Shown: in pieces, positions 61,931 through 64,000 of the stretch | Position numbering within the stretch: position 1 is the first letter of the stretch | Layout of the letters: the number at the start of each line of letters is the position of its first letter | Assembly (NCBI GenBank): GCA_004431415.1 | Contig: QPMI01000063.1 | Span: forward strand, 153,210 to 217,209 | Reading direction: 5' to 3' | Source of the DNA: Cyanophora paradoxa CCMP329 | Lineage: Eukaryota; Plantae; Glaucophyta | Length of the DNA: 64,000 bases | Position numbers and translations under genes: made by a program | Notes under the pieces: model-generated | The model's input: only the letters and a program-made list of their open reading frames with translations | The model's database searches: none | What the model was told of the DNA's origin: nothing

Positions 61931-63099
61931 TTTTCGGCTCCGGACCAGCTTGGGATCCTGGTCCGAGTCCTGGGACCAGTAAAGCTCCCCGTCGGAGAGG
62001 CCCTCGTCCCATGCACGCTCAATGGGCAGGGCCCGGCAACGCGTGAGTTGCCGCACCTCTACGTCGAGCCGTCGCCGGAGTCCCCGCAAGCCTTGGGCGT
62101 ACTCTGCCCTTACCAGCTGCATAATCACCCGGGAGACAAAATGTTTCACGTGCGGTTGTGCAATCCTGGCCGGCAGCCGGTAACCCTGCCGCTAGGATCG
62201 GTAGTAGCGGTCGCTTCGGCGGTCGCCCTACCGCCTGGTGATTTTGAGTACGAACCTGAGCAAATGCCTTGTAGTGCGAGTGCATTGACAGACCTCTTGA
62301 TTCGCCGGCTGCGAATCGTGCCTGCCAAACGCCGCACTGGACTCCGCCACTTTAATAGAAAAGCACGCATGCTTGGCGCGGCATATGAGCCCGCCAAAGA
62401 CGTTGAGAAAATAATCTCCACCCTACGTTCTGTCGTAGATGAGGCGGAAAAGCAGCGCGCTCTGTCTAGCGCAGCGCCTGCTGAGCCCGCCGACCCACCC
62501 CGCGCACCGCCCTACGACGTCGACGATATAGTCGTCACGTTTGGCGAGCTGCCCTTCGACACAGCCGACCGGCCGTTGCAGGACCTTGATGCTATGAGCA
62601 TCATTAGCCTCGACGACGATGCTATGAGCACGTCGTCACGAAGCGCGTCCCCAACGCCGGCCCCGATCACAGGCCCCTCGGTCGACGAGTTCGTCGCCGC
62701 AGTCGAGGCAGTGTCCGTCCCCAGAGACGCCACCCTGCGCTCGACCTTCCCCGGTCTCTCCGAAAAAGCGGAGCGCGACTTGCTCGATGCAGTCCGCGCC
62801 ATGCGCGGCGACGTTACGGTCCGCAAGGCCGCACCGGTCGCCGACGCCGAGGCCCCACCCCAGAGTGTGGTCACAGCCTCGCTTTCGGCCCGGCCCGATG
62901 CCCCACCCCCTACGACTGCAGCACCCGACGCGAAGCCCGCTGAGGCACCGCGGCCGGTGCCTAATGCAGAGGAGGAGTGGCAAGAGCTGCTGAAGAAGAT
63001 TCCTGAGCTCGGCTCTCACCCGTCAATCACGACGGCGCAGAAAGCCGAACTTCACGCGCTCCTGCGGCGCTACAAGGATGTCTTCGCAGACAAGGTCGA

Positions 63100-64000
63100 G
63101 GCCAAAGAGGGCACCAGCAACCTGCTCTATTACGAGCACGTGATCAAACTCACGACTCGCCTTCCGGTGTTCACGCCTCCGCGGCGTATGAACCCGCACG
63201 CCGAGGAACACGCCCGCAAGGAAATTCAGAAACTCCTTGAGCTTGGGCTGATCGAGCCCTCCAAGCGGCATATGGCTCGCCGGTAGTGCTGGCCCCAAAA
63301 AGGACGGCACTTGGCGTTTCTGTGTCGACTATCGGAGGCTGAATCAGATCACCGAGCGGGACGTGTTTCCCCTACCCCGCATAGACGACCAGCTCGAGCG
63401 CCTCCGCGGCTCGATGGTCTTCTCGACTGCTGACGCGACTGCCGGCTTCTGGCAGCTGCCTCTGCACCCCGGCTCCCGAGCCTACACTGCATTTGTGGTC
63501 CCCTGGGGTCACTTTCAGTGGAAGGTTACGCCGTTTGGGGTCACGAACGGGCCCGCGGCATTCTCCCGCGCGATCACTGCGATCCTGGGCCCCTTGCTGA
63601 CCACCTGCGTCGTCGCGTACATCGACGATATCACGGTCTTCTCACCGTCCATCGATCAGCACCTTCTAGACTTGAAGGCGCTCTTCGAGACGATCTCTAA
63701 GGCGAACCTGCGCCTGAAGCCGTCGAAGTGCCGCTTCTGCTTCTGCGTGCCTGAAATCGACCTTCTCGGCCACCGCATCTCCGCCGAAGGGATCCGCCAG
63801 GACCCTGCGAAGACCAAGGTGATCACGGACTGGCAGACGCCGAAGAACGCGGACGCTCCGCTCGTTCCTCGGCCTCGCCGGCTACTACCGCCGCTTTGTC
63901 GAGAACTTCTCCAAAGTGGTGCACGCCATGCAGCGCCTTCTATTGAAGGACGCCGTCTGGAGTTGGCCAGAGGACGGCCCCGCCGACCGCGCCTTTAAGG
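63100..64000 (+). CDS. pol: Reverse transcriptase (Ty3/Gypsy type) running into the thumb/connection region; frameshifted
   Basis: EIQKLLELGLIEPS, SPVVL, DGTWRFCVDYRRLN, FSTADATAGFWQ, YIDD, KCRF, LLGHRIS and FLGLAGYYRRFV. Confidence 0.93.

Larger units (their letters stand above)
50568..64000 (+). mobile_element. Very large Ty3/Gypsy LTR-retrotransposon coding region (gag - long unknown region - protease - RT), truncated by the window end, with many 1-nt frameshifts
   Basis: Order is Gag-like ORF, CCHC knuckle (52101-52142), aspartic protease IVVDTGA (DTG 61602-61610), then Gypsy-type RT (WRFCVDYRRLN, FPLPRID, PFGVTNGPA, YIDD 63618-63629). No introns apparent. Confidence 0.9.

Noticed and set aside
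50568-64000. Programmed ribosomal frameshifting in the retroelement
   Set aside because: The frame switches are numerous, fall inside conserved RT motifs and lack obvious slippery sites. Decay or uncorrected sequencing indels in a repeat are more likely.

Overview
Intron-rich, GC-rich eukaryotic nuclear DNA. N-terminal Phe-motif presequences (MLAF.., MASF..) suggest a primary-plastid alga, possibly a glaucophyte (inference). Most entries in the supplied ORF track are spurious or are exon fragments, so genes were assembled by hand across GT-AG and GC-AG introns. 1-19 kb is a compact gene block: a bacterial-type CoA-disulfide/persulfide reductase-rhodanese fusion, a DYRK1-like kinase, a cyanobacterial-type RNase II and unknown proteins. 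19.7-47.1 kb holds three paralogous secreted surface-protein genes. They share a stalk/REJ-like/GAIN-GPS (CxHLT) module ending in a GPI-type tail but have different N-termini (few CUB-like, about 10 CUB-like, or kelch). A nest of MITEs and a tRNA-derived SINE lies between them. 49-64 kb holds a BAH-domain gene directly upstream of an unusually large Ty3/Gypsy retroelement, with about 9.5 kb of unexplained coding-like sequence between the Gag zinc knuckle and the protease. The element runs off the right edge. All domain assignments are from motif recognition by eye; no searches were run.
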